The notes under the pieces: model-generated
Database searches by the model: none
The model's input: only the letters and a program-made list of their open reading frames with translations
Told to the model about the DNA's origin: nothing
Translations under genes and position numbers: made by a program
Shown: positions 37,875 to 52,024 of the stretch, piece by piece
How positions within the stretch are numbered: the stretch's first letter is position 1
How the letters are laid out: each line of letters opens with the position of its first letter
NCBI GenBank assembly: GCA_051294905.1
Contig: CM119372.1
Location: 36,644,001 to 36,708,000, forward strand
Direction of reading: 5' to 3'
DNA: 64,000 nt
From: Botryllus schlosseri
Taxonomy: Eukaryota

Positions 37875-40800
37875 ATGAGGTACGTCACGATCTCGTCTTG
37901 TAATTTTATCTGCTTAAATCTATGAATAAGTAAAGTTGGTATCCGTCGTTAGCCTGATATAGAGAACTAGCGACTTTTTGTGAGGCATATGGTGTTAATA
38001 ATGATTAGATACTGCATTGCAAGTCTCGGATGTATTGAGTTTCGTCGCGTCGTAGCCGTTTGTGACGAGCCACCATTCGCTGAAGATGTTAACGATTACT
38101 TCCACTGTTCAGGACTGAACTGTGCCAGTTTAGTGGGCTGAAGATCTATCCAGGCCACGGGAAACGGTACGCCCGAATCGACGGCAAGGTTTTTAACCTG
38201 CTCAACGCAAAATGTGCAGCTTTTCTCGTCAAGAAGAAGAATCCTCGAAAGATCGCATGGACGGTCTTGTACAGGAGAAAACACAAGAAGGGCACTATGG
38301 TATGTAAGATGTGGTGTGGCTGAATTTGCATTCCTTGAATCATATTACGGTATACTGATATCTCAAATGCATATCCGTGTAAACTTGAAGGGTATAGTCT
38401 TATGTTATCATAGCTATGGCGACATGCCGACATAAGGGCAAAATTTAATTGAACCGCTTTCAATCGCAAGCTACTTTCGCAATCATTCCGAAAGTATGAA
38501 ATTAAATCTGTTTTGACACTGGGAACTTTCTGGACACAAAAATTATATCACTCTATACCGGGACTCCATCCCGGGTTTGATGTCATGAATACCAATTTGC
38601 CCTACTGGAATCTCGGTACGTTTTTGCTAATATAACAGGTGAGCAGCGGTAATTCTCCATGTTGTAGTAATTAAATACAAAACGGTGAAAAAATGAAAAA
38701 TTGTTTGAGCAGAGGACACCGATTCCCTACAGGCCAATTTGCAATAGTGTTCCACGCAAAACTACTACGTTACTTACTTAGCTATACACGTAGACGTACT
38801 TTACGCCACACTCAACATGTGCGTGACGACGGATTTCTCGCGTGATTGGAAAATTTCATCTGCGTGAGGGAAATATTTTTCGCTCCGATTCGATACTGAA
38901 TTACTTATTAAATGACACAATGTACACGGTATACGCCGGACTAGAATAACGCTGTATTTTTGCTGTTGCGTAAATGCCACGCTTGCTTGCGTTTATTGTA
39001 AAGGACAAGCGCCTTATTCTGGATCGGGACTATGATATCGCTTTGTGACGTCAGCATAATTCATTAATTGGCGTGATCAGATATAAATGCTCGCGTGACG
39101 TTGCGCGTGCCGTTGCCACCGATTCCACTCTGGCATGGGGGTTGTTTTAGACCAGGGGTTCTTAACCTTTTTCATATATCTACCCCCAAGGAGAAAATAT
39201 TGGGATGCAATTACCCCTTTTCAAAAACTAACAAATTACAGCTTGCATCCAATGAATGATACAACAGCACGAAGATGACGTCATAATGTACTCTGAAATG
39301 CCTGTCAAGTCCATGGGAAGGTTGATACTGTTTCCGTGTTGTGTTATCCAGTGGCCAAATCCAGACAAAGGGGAGGCAAATAGACAGCATCTCATGTAAT
39401 GGTCAATCGCAAACTTATTTCGTTTTGATAGATACCTTTGCAGAAAATCCTACTTCACTGCAATATGTTTAAGGAAGTTCAATCAAAGTGTTCAATGCCA
39501 TTGTGACAAAGATTAGTTAACGTTATTCATTTTGAATGGGAACCCAAAAGGTTCCAAAATCTTTGAAGGCATTTTGATGATTTCAGACCTAATTTTACTG
39601 GCTAGACTAGACCACTACACTTTTCAATACAAACAACTATATTTCTATAATATTGTTACTGCATTGTAGGTGTAAAGATAACTTGAACGCCCCTTGTTGT
39701 CTTTCAATTTGCCAGCATGCTCAACAATATATGATCTGCACTACTGCAAAATAGATTGGAATTTGCTAGCACTATACTAAACTGCATTCGACCCTGTTAT
39801 CCATAATCACTAATGGTTACTATGATATCACAGCAGGCACAGTGTGTTAAGTGAAACAAAATATATACAAGCTCAAAAAAATATATGTTAGCCTACATTC
39901 ATATTTACGTTTGAAAAAATATTTTAGTTCAGCGGTATAAGTATATAAAAACGTCAATTTGAATTACCCAAAAAAATGCTAAATTACCCCTTTCAGGGTA
40001 ATTACCCCCTGGTTAAGAACCACTGTTTTAGACAATATTGATTAAAGAATTTTAACTGCGTGATGGAAATATAAAATTGATAAAGTTTTTCACTCTTCAT
40101 AAAATTTAAGATTGAACTAACTTCACATATTTACATCTGTTACTGCGTCAGTATGTCTTGCGCAAGCGTATCACTCATTTTGTATTGCTTTTTTTTTGAG
40201 AATTTTCTCTGGCTCATAGTAGATATATTAGTAATCATTGTTCAAAATCGTGCCGATTTCGGACTTAATGGGCGATGTTCGTGGGGGTTCAAGTCAGGCG
40301 CGTAGCCAGCCGATAAATGAGGGGGTGGTTTCGGTTTTTTCGAATTTAGTAATATAGCATCAATTCATTAGGGTTGAGTGCATGCGTAAATAACGATTAT
40401 ACAACATCCTCAGGTTGATGATTATACTCGTATGATAAGCTTGTCGATCCGGAAGTGCTGTTAATTAGCGACTCCCTGATAACCTTTTTTCCTGAATCTT
40501 GCTGGCTACGTGATTAAATCGTTAGGTTGCCTTAAAAAACGACGCATGCCTAATTTGAATTCATTCCAGTGGATCATCTCAGAATTATCATCGAAAAACT
40601 TGAATAACTCCGCTTCTACAGCTTGGAATTGAGTCAAATTTGTTTTGCATCGTTTTTGAAGACAGCGCAACAATTTCATGGGGTTGGAAGGAAAATTTAA
40701 AGAAAAAATTTTTTGGCAAATTTAAAATTTTCAAACTGTACGAAATCCGCGAATATTGGTTGGAATGAATTCAAATTTGGCATGCGTCGTTTTTTAAGGC

Positions 40801-43800
40801 AACCTAACGATTTAATCACGTAGCCAGCAAGATTCAGGAAAAAAGGTTATTTTTGAACAGCCCCAACGTGCACTTATCAATGTGTCTTACGTCTTACTTA
40901 GCCTCGGCGACAATTTGCGCAAGTCAAAATGTAGGAGTTTTTAGGGAATATGTGCTATAATGACGTCGATTTCAGGTGGTTCAAACCTTACCTCTTTTAT
41001 AACTCAAGCCTTGACACACAGCTTTTGATAGTTATGTTTAAGTATTAGCGGTAATCAATTGCGCATGTACGCACGCGTCGCACATGTTTGCAAACATTCG
41101 ATGTCATTCAGTTTCGAGATGTCGCTCTTTAATCACAATCGCTAATCAGCACATACCGTAATTTTCCAAGTATAGTACGCCCTCATGTATAATACGCACC
41201 CCTAAAATAGCATGCAAATTCTGGGAAAAGTCCTGTACCCATGTATAGTACGCATCCAGCATTTCAGTACATGAATAGTTCCGATTTAGTATACGATGTC
41301 ATTCTGTTTTGCTATGTCACTGTTGAACAATCATGACATAACGATCGCTAATGATTATACAAAGAACGGAATTGTCTTTAAACGATAGTAGATAGCAGCC
41401 AAAGCCTCCGAGGCCGGCGGCACGATAGTTCAGGCTAGCGACACAACATCTTCAGAACGAGATCTATTACAGATGCGATTGCCAATCATTATACAATTAA
41501 CGGCATTGTCTCTAAACGATAGTAGATAGCAGCCAAAGCCTACGAGGTCGGCGGCGAGATAGTTTAGGCCAACGAACCGACATTTTGCATCTTGAACGAC
41601 CGCGCGCAACACTGATAATACGACTTAATGAATTGCAACTGAGTATTAGCGTCAGAACGGTTATTTGAAAAGGACGGGCTTTCGCGTTTAGGGAGGGGGT
41701 TTCGACCCCCGAAACCCCCCCTGGCTACGCGCCTGGTTCCAGTGCTCAGACAAGATTTTAATTTATATTTTTTGAATTGGTGGTAAAGTAGCTTTCAATC
41801 GATTCAATTTTGTGGTCTGGTCGGTGGTTGCCAGCGCTTAGATTTCCATAGTGATTAACGCGGTAAGCCGGTAACATTCTGGTTATTCGCCGCCATAGTT
41901 GTTGTTATAATGTTATGTAACTAGACAAATACATCGATTGTTATGCACTTTGTTGCTCAGCTGCTAACTGAACTAAATTTGATTTTGATGACAGCAGCAA
42001 TATACAGTTCTCGTGGCACGTCACATGTTTGAGTACACGGACTTCTCTGATATTTCAGGTTTCCGTCCTGTTGACGGAGGCAATATCTTGGTGTAGCCGT
42101 AGACTATTTTGACCTGCCCCCGTTGTCAAATGCTAAATTTGCCGTAACTCAGAACAAATAAATGCACCGCATTGACATATTATGTACTTGCTCAAATTCG
42201 GCCACAAAATTGCAGTGATTTTGCGTAGAGGTTGCCAGATCTAAAATTACTGGTATTGTCATCTGGTTGATTAATACCATGAACTTCACACAGACACATG
42301 ACATGCTTGTTGACTGACTTTTTAAATTTGAATATGAGCACGCCTTTCCAGCCTTATTGCTGACGAAAAGTGTACCTGATCGAATTGAACAAAGAACAGT
42401 ATTCAAGTCGAATTCTATATTTCTAATCCCAAACTATAGCAGATGACTCATTCAGAGAGGCACCTTGTGCTCTCTGCATATGTACTGCCTTCATTCTGAC
42501 GTATGCAGTGTAGATTGTCGAGCCGGACTGATATGAGGTTTTTGAGCTGGTGCAGGTAAAAGCGATTACTAGCACCTCATGTGAGATATTTCTGAAACTA
42601 GCGCGCTTTGATGCCACGAAAACTGCTGATATTTTCCAACTCGCGGTCGGTGCCGTTGATACTTCAAAAGGGTGATCTCAACTTGATATTATCAGGAAAC
42701 CGATAACGTGCTCTTACCTATATCTATGACACTGTTTCACACAATTGCTGTACACTGATTTATATTTGCAGGAAGAGGTTGTTAAGAAGAGAAGTCGCCG
42801 TACCCAGAAACACAACCGCGCTATCCAAGGTGCTTCCTGGAGCGAGATCCTGGCGAAAAGAAACCAAAAGCCGGAAGTTCGCAAGGCTCAACGTGAACAG
42901 GCCATAAGGTACGCATTGTGCTTGCCTCTTCAGTCTTCACGGTTGTTGCCGGATAAACAAACTTGGACGCTACATTCGCTGGCAACTTTTGTTGCTATGA
43001 AATGCACAGTAGCCGGAGATTGTGTACATGTGTAAATCACGAGTAGGGCTGAGCAATTCAATTATGAATCGATTGTCAAGCTTTAAGTCTGGTATTTCAC
43101 AGCATGTGTCATGTGGAAAGTTCAGTATGTAGCGATCGCAACTAATATATTCTCAGTCCTACATTACATTGAAGATGATATAGTAGTTTTTTGACCGTAC
43201 CTATTTCAATGCGCTCTGCCACGATGCTGTTGGTTGAGCACAACTTCACAGATATGCCATTTCCACTAACCTGCATCGCTTTGTACTACACGTTTCTTGT
43301 GTCGTGATACCACCAATCGAAGTTTCAAGGCTCCACAGTGGAAAATTATATTGAAACTATAATTCTTGTTGATTTGTTAACTCTAAATAGCAAGGAATCA
43401 TAACTTCAATATTGAAATATGAGTGATAATTCTAATGATTCAAGTTTAGTAGTGAAAGATGCTTCTTTCAAGCGCTGAAATGAGGCGCTCTTTGCTGCTA
43501 AGAGTAACTTTAACAACAAAAAGTATAGTGTTGCCGAGTATTTTGTACTGAAAGCCTTCGATCCTCGATTGGTCGTACTGTAATATAAGGAACGTGTGGT
43601 ACGAAGCTACGCACAGAAGCGCAAATATCATGTTTGTCACGATCACTCCACAGTGTTGTCGAAAAAAGCAGTGAAATATGCATGGTCGAAAAAAATGAAT
43701 TATCTTGATTGTGATGTAGAACTGGTACTGCGTTCTTTGTGATAACATAAAAGGTACTTGCGGGAACTTTCCATATCGTTGATGCTGTCTTGACTTTATA

Positions 43801-46800
43801 AAGAGAGATACCTGACTCGAAACCTTGATACTCTATTCAAAATCGCATGCCTCCGGTGCCTAGTCCTACTCGTAAGCCTGTGACGTGGGGTTACCACTAA
43901 GCAACCCATGTTACAATATGGCCGGAGTAAAATCGGATGCCCTTCCTGCCATGCAACCCAGGCAGCACTGGTTTTGTTCGCCAGTGCGGTTTGGCACAAT
44001 GTAGGGTTGTAATCAAGCCACTAGAATCCGAGTCGCAAGTCAATCTCGCTTTTATAGTTATGTCTCGAGTCCAGTCGAGTCATTTTCAATTCACCACCGA
44101 GTAAATTCCGAGTCCAAGTCGGCGAGCAGAGGGTCGAGTCCGAGTCATGGTATTATAACTCGAGTCCAAGTCTAAGTATAGTGTTGACTGCTCAGTTTCC
44201 AGTTAATGTCTTGTTAACCCACTTTTTATAACTCTGTTTGGTGATATCGAATGGTTCGCATTTATAATAATACTAATTTCCCTCGTTTTTAGCAGTTTCT
44301 GGTCGCATTTTCAAGTACCAGCAACAATAGACAAAATCCCAATAGTGTGGTTACTTTACTATTCTTCAAAATTACAATGCAATGCCGGTGTTGGCCGTCT
44401 CGAATCATATGACTTGGTTCGAGTCATGCCAGATGACTCGAGTCCAAGTCGAGTCAATACACAGATTGACCCAAGTCGAGTCATTTGCGAATTTTGCGAA
44501 AATGACTCGACTCAAGTCGAGTGATCAGAAAAGCGCGACTCGAGTTGAGTCATTACAACCCTGAGTATGTAGCCTTGACCGATTGGTCGTCCGTCTCACA
44601 GCACACCTAATAGGCTGAATTGTAGGCTACTACAGATCAGAGGTGGTCAAGGTAGTCAAGAAAGCTACTCAAGTAGAAGTAGTGACGAAAAAATCTATTC
44701 AAGTACAAGTAGAAGTACTTCCATAAGCCACCCAAAACTACTTGAAGTAGTAGAATTAGGTGACTTTAAATCTACTCATGTAAGTAAGTAGTTTTTCAAA
44801 CATGACTGTCAAAAGCTGCAAATTGAGCTACACGGAAGGTGCAGAGAGCTAGATTCGTGTTGATGCATCCCAGGAGGTATCAATTTTCGACTTAATAAGC
44901 ATTTGTCCGCATCATGGGATTATAGTATTGATATGAAAATGCGATACGAGTCCTTTGTTTACTAGAAAACCCCGTTTTAAAGAATATCATGGCATGGTGC
45001 CCTACCCGATATTATTAGGCCCCAAAGTTTAGGCGAAGAGCAATACGGAGAAGTTGTATCGGATACGGTTTCAACACTTTGCGCGATTAGTATACGGTAA
45101 TAACAAATATTGTGGATAGTAAAATTTATATTTAGTGTAGCTTTTTTTTCGGAAAATGTAGACATTACTACACTTGTTTTTAAGCTTCAACATGTGTGTT
45201 CTGCAGACAAAAAAACTGAAAGTAATTAGAACTCAATGTATGATACTCGGAAATGAAGGTGAAATACAAATACCACTTCTAAAAAGCGGAAAATATATTT
45301 CATGTCTTTTGTCCATAAAGCTTCAAAGGTGATCTGCTAAAACAGGTGTAACGTTAAAAAAAGCCGGATTTTCTAGATTAGCAGGACACGTCATGGGCTG
45401 CTAGATTATGATATGAGAGATAAGTGCTAGATTGCAAAACGGTAGTTTCAAATGTTTTGGTGAGCCATATTTACTGTGATGAAATATTTGATATGGGCGA
45501 CAATGTGGTGTGAGCGGAACCATGCAATCCGGTACCTAAATTATATTCACTGATACTTTCGTGAAATCATATTTGTCACTCCATAACTATTGTGCGCGAA
45601 GCGCAAAAAAATTTCTGGGCTTTACTTGACGTTTATGAATATTAAATGTTGGTACTCCGTGAAAACAGCCCTGAAATTCCTCAGGCTTTTTTCGTATTGG
45701 GGGGGGGGGGGGTTGAACTACTTCTACTTGACAAACTGAAAATAGCGAGAAGTAAGTAAGTAGATCACAAAATATTAAATAATAGAAGTAGTGAAAATCA
45801 GATCTACTTGAGTAAGTACCAGAAGTAGAGGAAAACTACTTGAGTACTTCCAAAAAGTAGAAGTACTTCGTTACTGACCACCTCTGCTGCAAATCTACTG
45901 GCATTTTTGGGAATGACATTTCTGTTAGGTCATAATCAACCCAGAGCATTTACACTTGAGTGCAATGACATGGGTTTTGGGTGTGGTCGAAAAGTACTAA
46001 ATTAACTTTGATGAAACGTAGATCTCATGAATTGTACGTATTTGAACTTTCCTCGTCATTTTCGATGTCATAATAGGGGGAATCTCGAACACTTGACTTG
46101 ACTTGACTTGAAGCTTGATACTTGATTCATAATTGAATCACTGAGGTACTCCGTTATGGCGGCAATGCTCACCAGCAACTAGGTCGATATCGGCCAGCTG
46201 AGTCTATATCGGGTGTCATAGCAGCGTGAATGACTAGTGAAGTTCAAATATATATTGCTTTTTGCTGAAATAATGTTGGTTACACACTAAAAGTAATCTT
46301 TTACTTCATGATCATAAGATGTCCTCATAAACATGTTCGTGAAATGTCACACTGAAATGTTGTTCCTGTGAATAACTGTAGCTCTGTGCAGACTGTTTTG
46401 GTAGCTGAGAAGCAACCAATCAATGAAGGTTTCACGGCTCCCAGTTTTAGAACTATCATCATTCTTGCTTAAACTCCATGTGTTGCCAAGTGCCTGTAAA
46501 ATTTGTTACTCTAAAAAATGATGACTCACTTAGACTGGAATCCCTGAGAATTAAGATTGATGTTTGCTACTGTGCCCAGTGCCAGTCATCCACGAAAACC
46601 ACAATCATATCATCTCGCTTTGCTACCATGCTTCAGTTCGGCCACAGAGATGTCGTTTCTAATGAATATCCATTGTGTTACAAGGTGTCTTATTATGCGC
46701 TGTACGTGTTATCAAGAGCTGTTGATCAAAACTGCTTTGCGCAGAGTATTTACAAATTGCTGACAATGTGCATATATTCTAGTTCAGGGGGGTCAAACTC

Positions 46801-48421
46801 AAATTGCATCGCGGGCCGGATTCAAGCCTTCAAGTCGCTCGCGGGCCGGACCAGTCAACTAATTTCAAATTGTTACCGTGTGCTCTTGCTTTCCCTTGAA
46901 TACCTTGAAGCAGTGGTTCTCAACCTTTTTTTATACACGCCTCCTTTATGATGGTGAAAAATTTCGCGCGCCCAAGGGGGGTGAGTCCCCCAAGTTGAGA
47001 ACCACTGCCTTAAATCATATGTAGATAATACACGGATCATAGGGTTTTCAAAATAGTAAGTCGCAACACCTTTATTTGCTAACAATGGAATTGGCAAAAA
47101 TACGATAATTGTCCGGTTGAATACGGTTAAGAACCGCTAAAACAGTGGCGTTAGGTTAACGACGGTATAAGTTGGAATATTCTATGCTCCCTTTGGTTCA
47201 GTCATAATCTGGCGTTAGCCCTGCATATATGCATTGTGAGGAATACAAGATATTTAATTGGAAACGTGGACGTCAGAATTTGGTTTATAATTATTAAACC
47301 GCGAGTCCGGTGTTTCATGTCTGGGGATCTATTGGGTCCAAAGTGACACAGCAATTCTACTATAGATATTTCAATTATATATTTGTTCAACAAATATATT
47401 ATACATGTAAACTGTATATGACGGTTGCGTATTGACGTTTTCACTTCTGTGAATAACTACTTTTGTTCCAATTTGTATAAAACTCTAATCTTAGTGTGCA
47501 CTTTTTGCCTTCTTGAAATTGGATGTCAATTTCACCGACCTTTCACTAGTTGTAACTAGACTGAAACCACAGCGCCGTTGACAGGCGGTTATAAGGGGGC
47601 CTATGAACATGGAAGTATTTCCTGCAAAAATCTCTACATTTGTAGCAAATGTGCTGGAAAATATAAGATGCTTCAATCTACTCAAAATTGCTTCGCGGGC
47701 CGGGTGAAATTGTCTGGCGGGCCGGATGCGGCCCGCGGGCCGTTTGTTTGACACCCCTGTTCTAGTTTGTTCCCTTCAAAGCAATTTGATTCTGATTTGT
47801 ATGGCACAGTCCTGGTTGTATGGAATGACAGCCGCCGTAGCTCAGCGGTTGCCTTTGGATCGCATCTCTGCCACCCTGAAATCCAATTGACCAATGAGCA
47901 AAGTGCCAGAAAATTACTAGTTGTGTACAGCATGTTTCAATCGGTGATAGAGATCGTTAAGATCTTGTGACTTGAACGAATAGTCATTGCTACAAAATTT
48001 TGATACAAAACTGGTTGATGCCCTTGATAACGTTTTTTGAATTCAGCTCATGGTGTGTATACATCAAGTTTTGTATTCTCTTCATGTTCTCAATTATATT
48101 TACTGTTTTTGTCGCCTGAATTGCAATACCTGAAATGAATCCACGCCGAAGAATAATCAGGCAACCCAAGTTAAAGTTGGAAACTACTGTTATAGGATAA
48201 TGGCTTGATATTTTTCTCGGAATTTTTTTCTGAATTTTTTCCTGCTTTAGCATTCGCGACCTGAGCTAACATCACATTATTTTCGCAGGATCGCCAAGGA
48301 AAAGAAACGTACCGTCGAACAGCAAAAGAAGGCCAGCAAGTCGCAGGCGAAGCAATCTGCCAAGCCTAAAGTGGCGCAGAAGGTCAAAAAGGCAGCACCA
48401 AGCGTTGGTGGCAAGAGATAA
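37875..48421 (+). CDS. RPL24: 60S ribosomal protein L24 (eL24); join(37875..37879,38113..38299,42772..42908,48289..48421), 153 aa
   Basis: The spliced product is [116 protein letters not shown]...APSVGGKR*. All introns are GT-AG, phases are consistent, and the CDS totals 462 nt. Confidence 0.97.
38113..38299 (+). CDS. RPL24: RPL24 coding exon 2
   Basis: Encodes [15 protein letters not shown]...[14 protein letters not shown] at 38111-38112, GT at 38300-38301. Confidence 0.97.
39153..40025. mobile_element. hAT-type MITE in RPL24 intron 2
   Basis: TIRs CAGGGGTTCTTAACC / GGTTAAGAACCACTG, TACCCC repeats, perfect TSD TTTTAGAC. Confidence 0.9.
40295..41735. mobile_element. hAT-type MITE in RPL24 intron 2 containing a 90-bp inverted repeat
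   Basis: TIRs CAGGCGCGTAGCCAG / CTGGCTACGCGCCTG, TSD GTTCAAGT/GTTCCAGT. Confidence 0.85.
42772..42908 (+). CDS. RPL24: RPL24 coding exon 3
   Basis: Encodes [53 protein letters not shown] acceptor, GT at 42909. Confidence 0.97.
44002..44563. mobile_element. GACTC-family MITE in RPL24 intron 3
   Basis: Termini TAGGGTTGTAAT and ATTACAACCCTG. Body homologous to 22977-23466; TSD unclear. Confidence 0.8.
44638..45886. mobile_element. hAT-type MITE (AAGTAG repeats) in RPL24 intron 3
   Basis: TIRs CAGAGGTGGTCA / TGACCACCTCTG, TSD CTACAGAT/CTGCAAAT (6/8). Confidence 0.8.
46785..47759. mobile_element. hAT (Buster/Charlie-like) MITE with a nested 97-bp MITE (46911-47007)
   Basis: TIRs CAGGGGGGTCAAAC / GTTTGACACCCCTG, perfect TSD TTCTAGTT. 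The nested element runs CAGTGGTTCTCAAC...GTTGAGAACCACTG. Confidence 0.9.
48289..48421 (+). CDS. RPL24: RPL24 last coding exon
   Basis: Lys/Ala-rich tail ending [16 protein letters not shown] branch-like motif and TTTTCGCAG acceptor upstream. Confidence 0.95.
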
Positions 48422-48434
48422 GCTGGCTGTTCGC

Positions 48435-48440
48435 AATAAA
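48435..48440 (+). terminator. Polyadenylation signal of RPL24
   Basis: AATAAA 13 nt after the stop codon, followed by a GT-rich tract. Confidence 0.8.
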
Positions 48441-49908
48441 ACGTTTTCTCCCACTTGAAGTTGTGCTTGTGTTGCTGACAGGTCGTGGGTGACAAATGCA
48501 AATTTTGGTCTGGATGTGATCACTAGTGGTCATGATAGTGAATGTTGACACTTGACATGTAGCCTTGAATAAGTTTCTACTAGATGTAGTTTTGTTTTAT
48601 GGCATACCGAAACTGTGCAGACTTGAGTTACGAAAATATCACGGATAGCCTGTCGCTTTAAGATATGCTATGCGACTGACACGGCATGGCAGATGGACCG
48701 AGAAATATGCACCTCTTGAATTCATTTTGTGGAACTCGGGGTAAACGTAATCCGCTTTGGGATGGAAAAGCCCAGGGTTGTAAAGTTATCATATTATTGG
48801 TGTTTTCTATCGGTCCTGACCTGATACTTGGAAAACGGGGCCGGAAACTGTTGAGAAAGAAAATGAATATATTATTAGAATTCGGGCCATTCTAGGGATG
48901 GTGTGAACCTCGTGACGTCATTGCTTATTCCAACCCACCCTACATTTCAGTGAAGTGATAGTCAATATTAACGTACACGATTTGTAGCGACGACTCGGGC
49001 CTCATAATGCCGCAATGCTGAAGTACATATTGAGGTTTTGAACGTCGCCTAATGTATGGGGCAATAAAATGATATAATAATCCCATAAAATCAAAATCTC
49101 TCGTCGCTTTGCCTACAATTTCGACGACTACTTGCAAGCAGGGCTTTGGAGCCCCGGAGCTCTACATAAAGTTCAGCTGGAGCCAGTTATTTGAGGGGTA
49201 GCTCCGGCTCCGACGTATTTCATAAGATGCTATTATACATGCAAAAACCTTATCTGCTGAGTTCAAATAATTCAACAGCAGTCGTTCGCGAAATTAAGAA
49301 TCATTTCCTCTTTGGCGCTACCGTTTCCAACTAACCATGCTCCTTGGGATTTAACAGCAGAGCAGTCATATGTTCAATTTTCATACATGAGTGGCGAACC
49401 TCGGTATGTCAAATATGCGACATATGCCTGTGAATATTGTGGGTATTCGGCATACCCGCAATTTCATCATCAGCACAACCTTGTTGGCCAATTGCACGGT
49501 TCGAAAATAATGATCACTATGTGTTACGTCAGAGGTCTCAAACACGCGGCCTGACCATTTTGTGCGACCCGCGACGGTATTTTGGATTTCCAAGATTCGA
49601 CAATATTTAACTACCATTTTTTTTAATTTGAGAACTTGAAATTATCTCTAAAACTGCTCCAGAAGCCTGAAACTACTCATAAAACTTCACTATTACATCA
49701 CTTTTAAAAGTTATCACGCAGTGTAAGATCGACTATTACGTGATATTACTTGTTTATTATGGTAAAACATGACCCGTGATGATTCGTGACTGAAAATTGT
49801 GATTTGTACTTGAGCGCGACCTTCGTTAGAATTACTCGTACTCGTACTATAGTCTGCAATTTGACGGTAATTTTTGACCAGCTTGCCGAGCATTACATTT
49901 GATAAAAC

Positions 49909-50444
49909 CAGGGTTGTAACCAATTCACAAAGCTCCGAGTCACAAGTCAATCTCACTTTTATAGTTTTGACTCGAGTCATTTTCGATTCACCACCGAGTC
50001 CAAGTCATCGAGCAGAGGGTCGAGTCCGAGTCATGGTATTATGACTCGAGTCCAAGTCATGATGTTGACTGCTCAATTTCCGGTTAAAATCTTGTTGAAA
50101 CCAACTTTATAACTATGTTTGGTGATATCGAATGGTTCGCTTTTATAATATACTAATTTTTCTCACTTTTAGCAGTTTCTGGTCGCATTTTGAAGTACCG
50201 GTACCAATAGATGAAATCCCAACATGGTGGTTGCTTTACAATTCTTCGAAATTACAATGAAATGTCGGACTTGGCCGACTGAGTGTCGAGTCATTTGACT
50301 TGGTTCGAGTCATGCGCAATGACTCGAGTCCAAGTCGAGTCAATACACTGATTGACTCGAGTCGAGTCATTTCTGTATTTTGAAAAAATGACTCGAGTCA
50401 AGTCGAGTCATCAGAAAATCGTGACTCGAGTCATTACAACCTAG
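49909..50444. mobile_element. GACTC-family MITE, fifth layer
   Basis: Termini CAGGGTTGTAA and TTACAACCTAG, TSD GATAAAAC/AATAAAAC. Confidence 0.85.
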
Positions 50445-50967
50445 AATAAAACTGGTATCAGTCGAAAGCTACCGCGGTAGTGATTGCGAAAATAAAGATT
50501 TTGTTAACCTCGTATTCTTGGAACCCCCAAAATCAGCCTCGAATGTTGCATTGTAACGGAGTTTGGTATTGTGATGCAACCATGCCGTCTGAGCAGCTCA
50601 GGATCAAGCGCGCACGAGAGTGAGAGTGTGAATGCTTAATTGGTTGCGCAACAAAGGCCAATGCGCTTGCGGGTTGCTCACCTGCTCTCAGACGGCATGG
50701 CATGGTTGCGTGACAATACCAAACTCCGTTACAATGCAACATTCGAGGCTGATTTTAGGGTATTCCAGGACGACGAGTAGAATAAAATTCGTATTTTCGC
50801 AATCAATACCGCGGTAGCTTTCGATTGATACCCGTTTTATCAAATGTAATGCTCGGCCATCCGGTCAAAAATTACTGTCAAATTGCCTTTGACCAAATGG
50901 AAAGTGTGACGTAGACCAATTTCACCGAGCCGTGAGATTTGCTTGTTTCCACCCACACCATATAGGA

Positions 50968-52024
50968 TAGGGTTACCATATTTCGGTGGTACAAATTCCG
51001 GACACCCTTTAGCGCCCACTAGCGGATTTAAAAAGGAGTTATGACGTCACACTAGCAAAGCTTTGCTGATAGACCAGAGGTGGTCACGATCCGGTTCAGG
51101 AGTATGTGGCTGTGTGTTGTGTAACCGGGACCGAAAGCACATGTTTTCAGTCCTTTCCCGCCCAAATCAACATTGATTTTGAGCCCACCATAGGGTAATC
51201 GATGCAACTTCATCGGGGTGGCTTGCTGTATGAATCTGGTTTCTATATGCATCATGTCGTTAAATTTTTTGAATGAATTCTGTCAATAATATTTGTTGTA
51301 CGCTTGTTCCATATATTACTATAGATAGTAACTATACTCTCCGCCCACATGAGTTAGCGGTAGAGCTGGTGGAGGATGATGATGAAAATACAGGGAGCGT
51401 AATTGTACATCGTTAAGTCCGATAAGATCTTTTATCAGTCTTATTCCGGTGCGCACCACGGAGCTTTATAAACATCCCACATCCAGTGGCTTCCAACCTT
51501 TCATGGTCGCAACTCCATCTCCAATTTGAAAATGTTCCGTGGCCCAGATCAAAATTTGACGAGCTGATTACTAAAAGAAGTCAGCACCTTTGCGCGGACT
51601 TACTCACGGGCTATATTGGAAGCTGATTACGTTCAACATATTCGCGAACCCCAGAATAAAGGCAAACAACCTAGGAATATACCGTTCTCCTATAATTGCG
51701 ACTACAATTAGGCTCATTCCAGTAAATGAAGGTTGTTTTTATTTATATTTTATTGCAGTTTTTGCGAGGGTGTGGTAGTCTTCATACTAAAATCAACAAA
51801 TGAGATGGTAAATCGCGCGCAGCGCGAAGAAAAATATCATGCATCAGCATAAATATTCCCCAAAATAATGTTTTTATGTTGATTTACGAAAAAATTATGA
51901 GCCTACGTCGTCAAATCTTCAAAATTCCGGACATTTAGCATATTTTAGAAATTCCTCCCGGACGCTAGTTTGAACAGTGAAATTCCGGACATGTCCAGGA
52001 AATTCCGGACGTATGGCAACCCTA
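50968..52024. mobile_element. TAGGGTTACCAT-family MITE, fifth layer
   Basis: Same termini as 12863-15039, perfect TSD ATATAGGA. Confidence 0.9.

Noticed and set aside
46478..46951. 157-aa ORF inside RPL24 intron 3
   Set aside because: It runs across MITE boundaries at 46785 and 46911 and has no recognisable motif.
38300..48288. Intronic snoRNAs in RPL24
   Set aside because: I found no convincing C/D box pair with a terminal stem and no H/ACA fold by eye. A snoscan or Infernal search is needed to exclude them.
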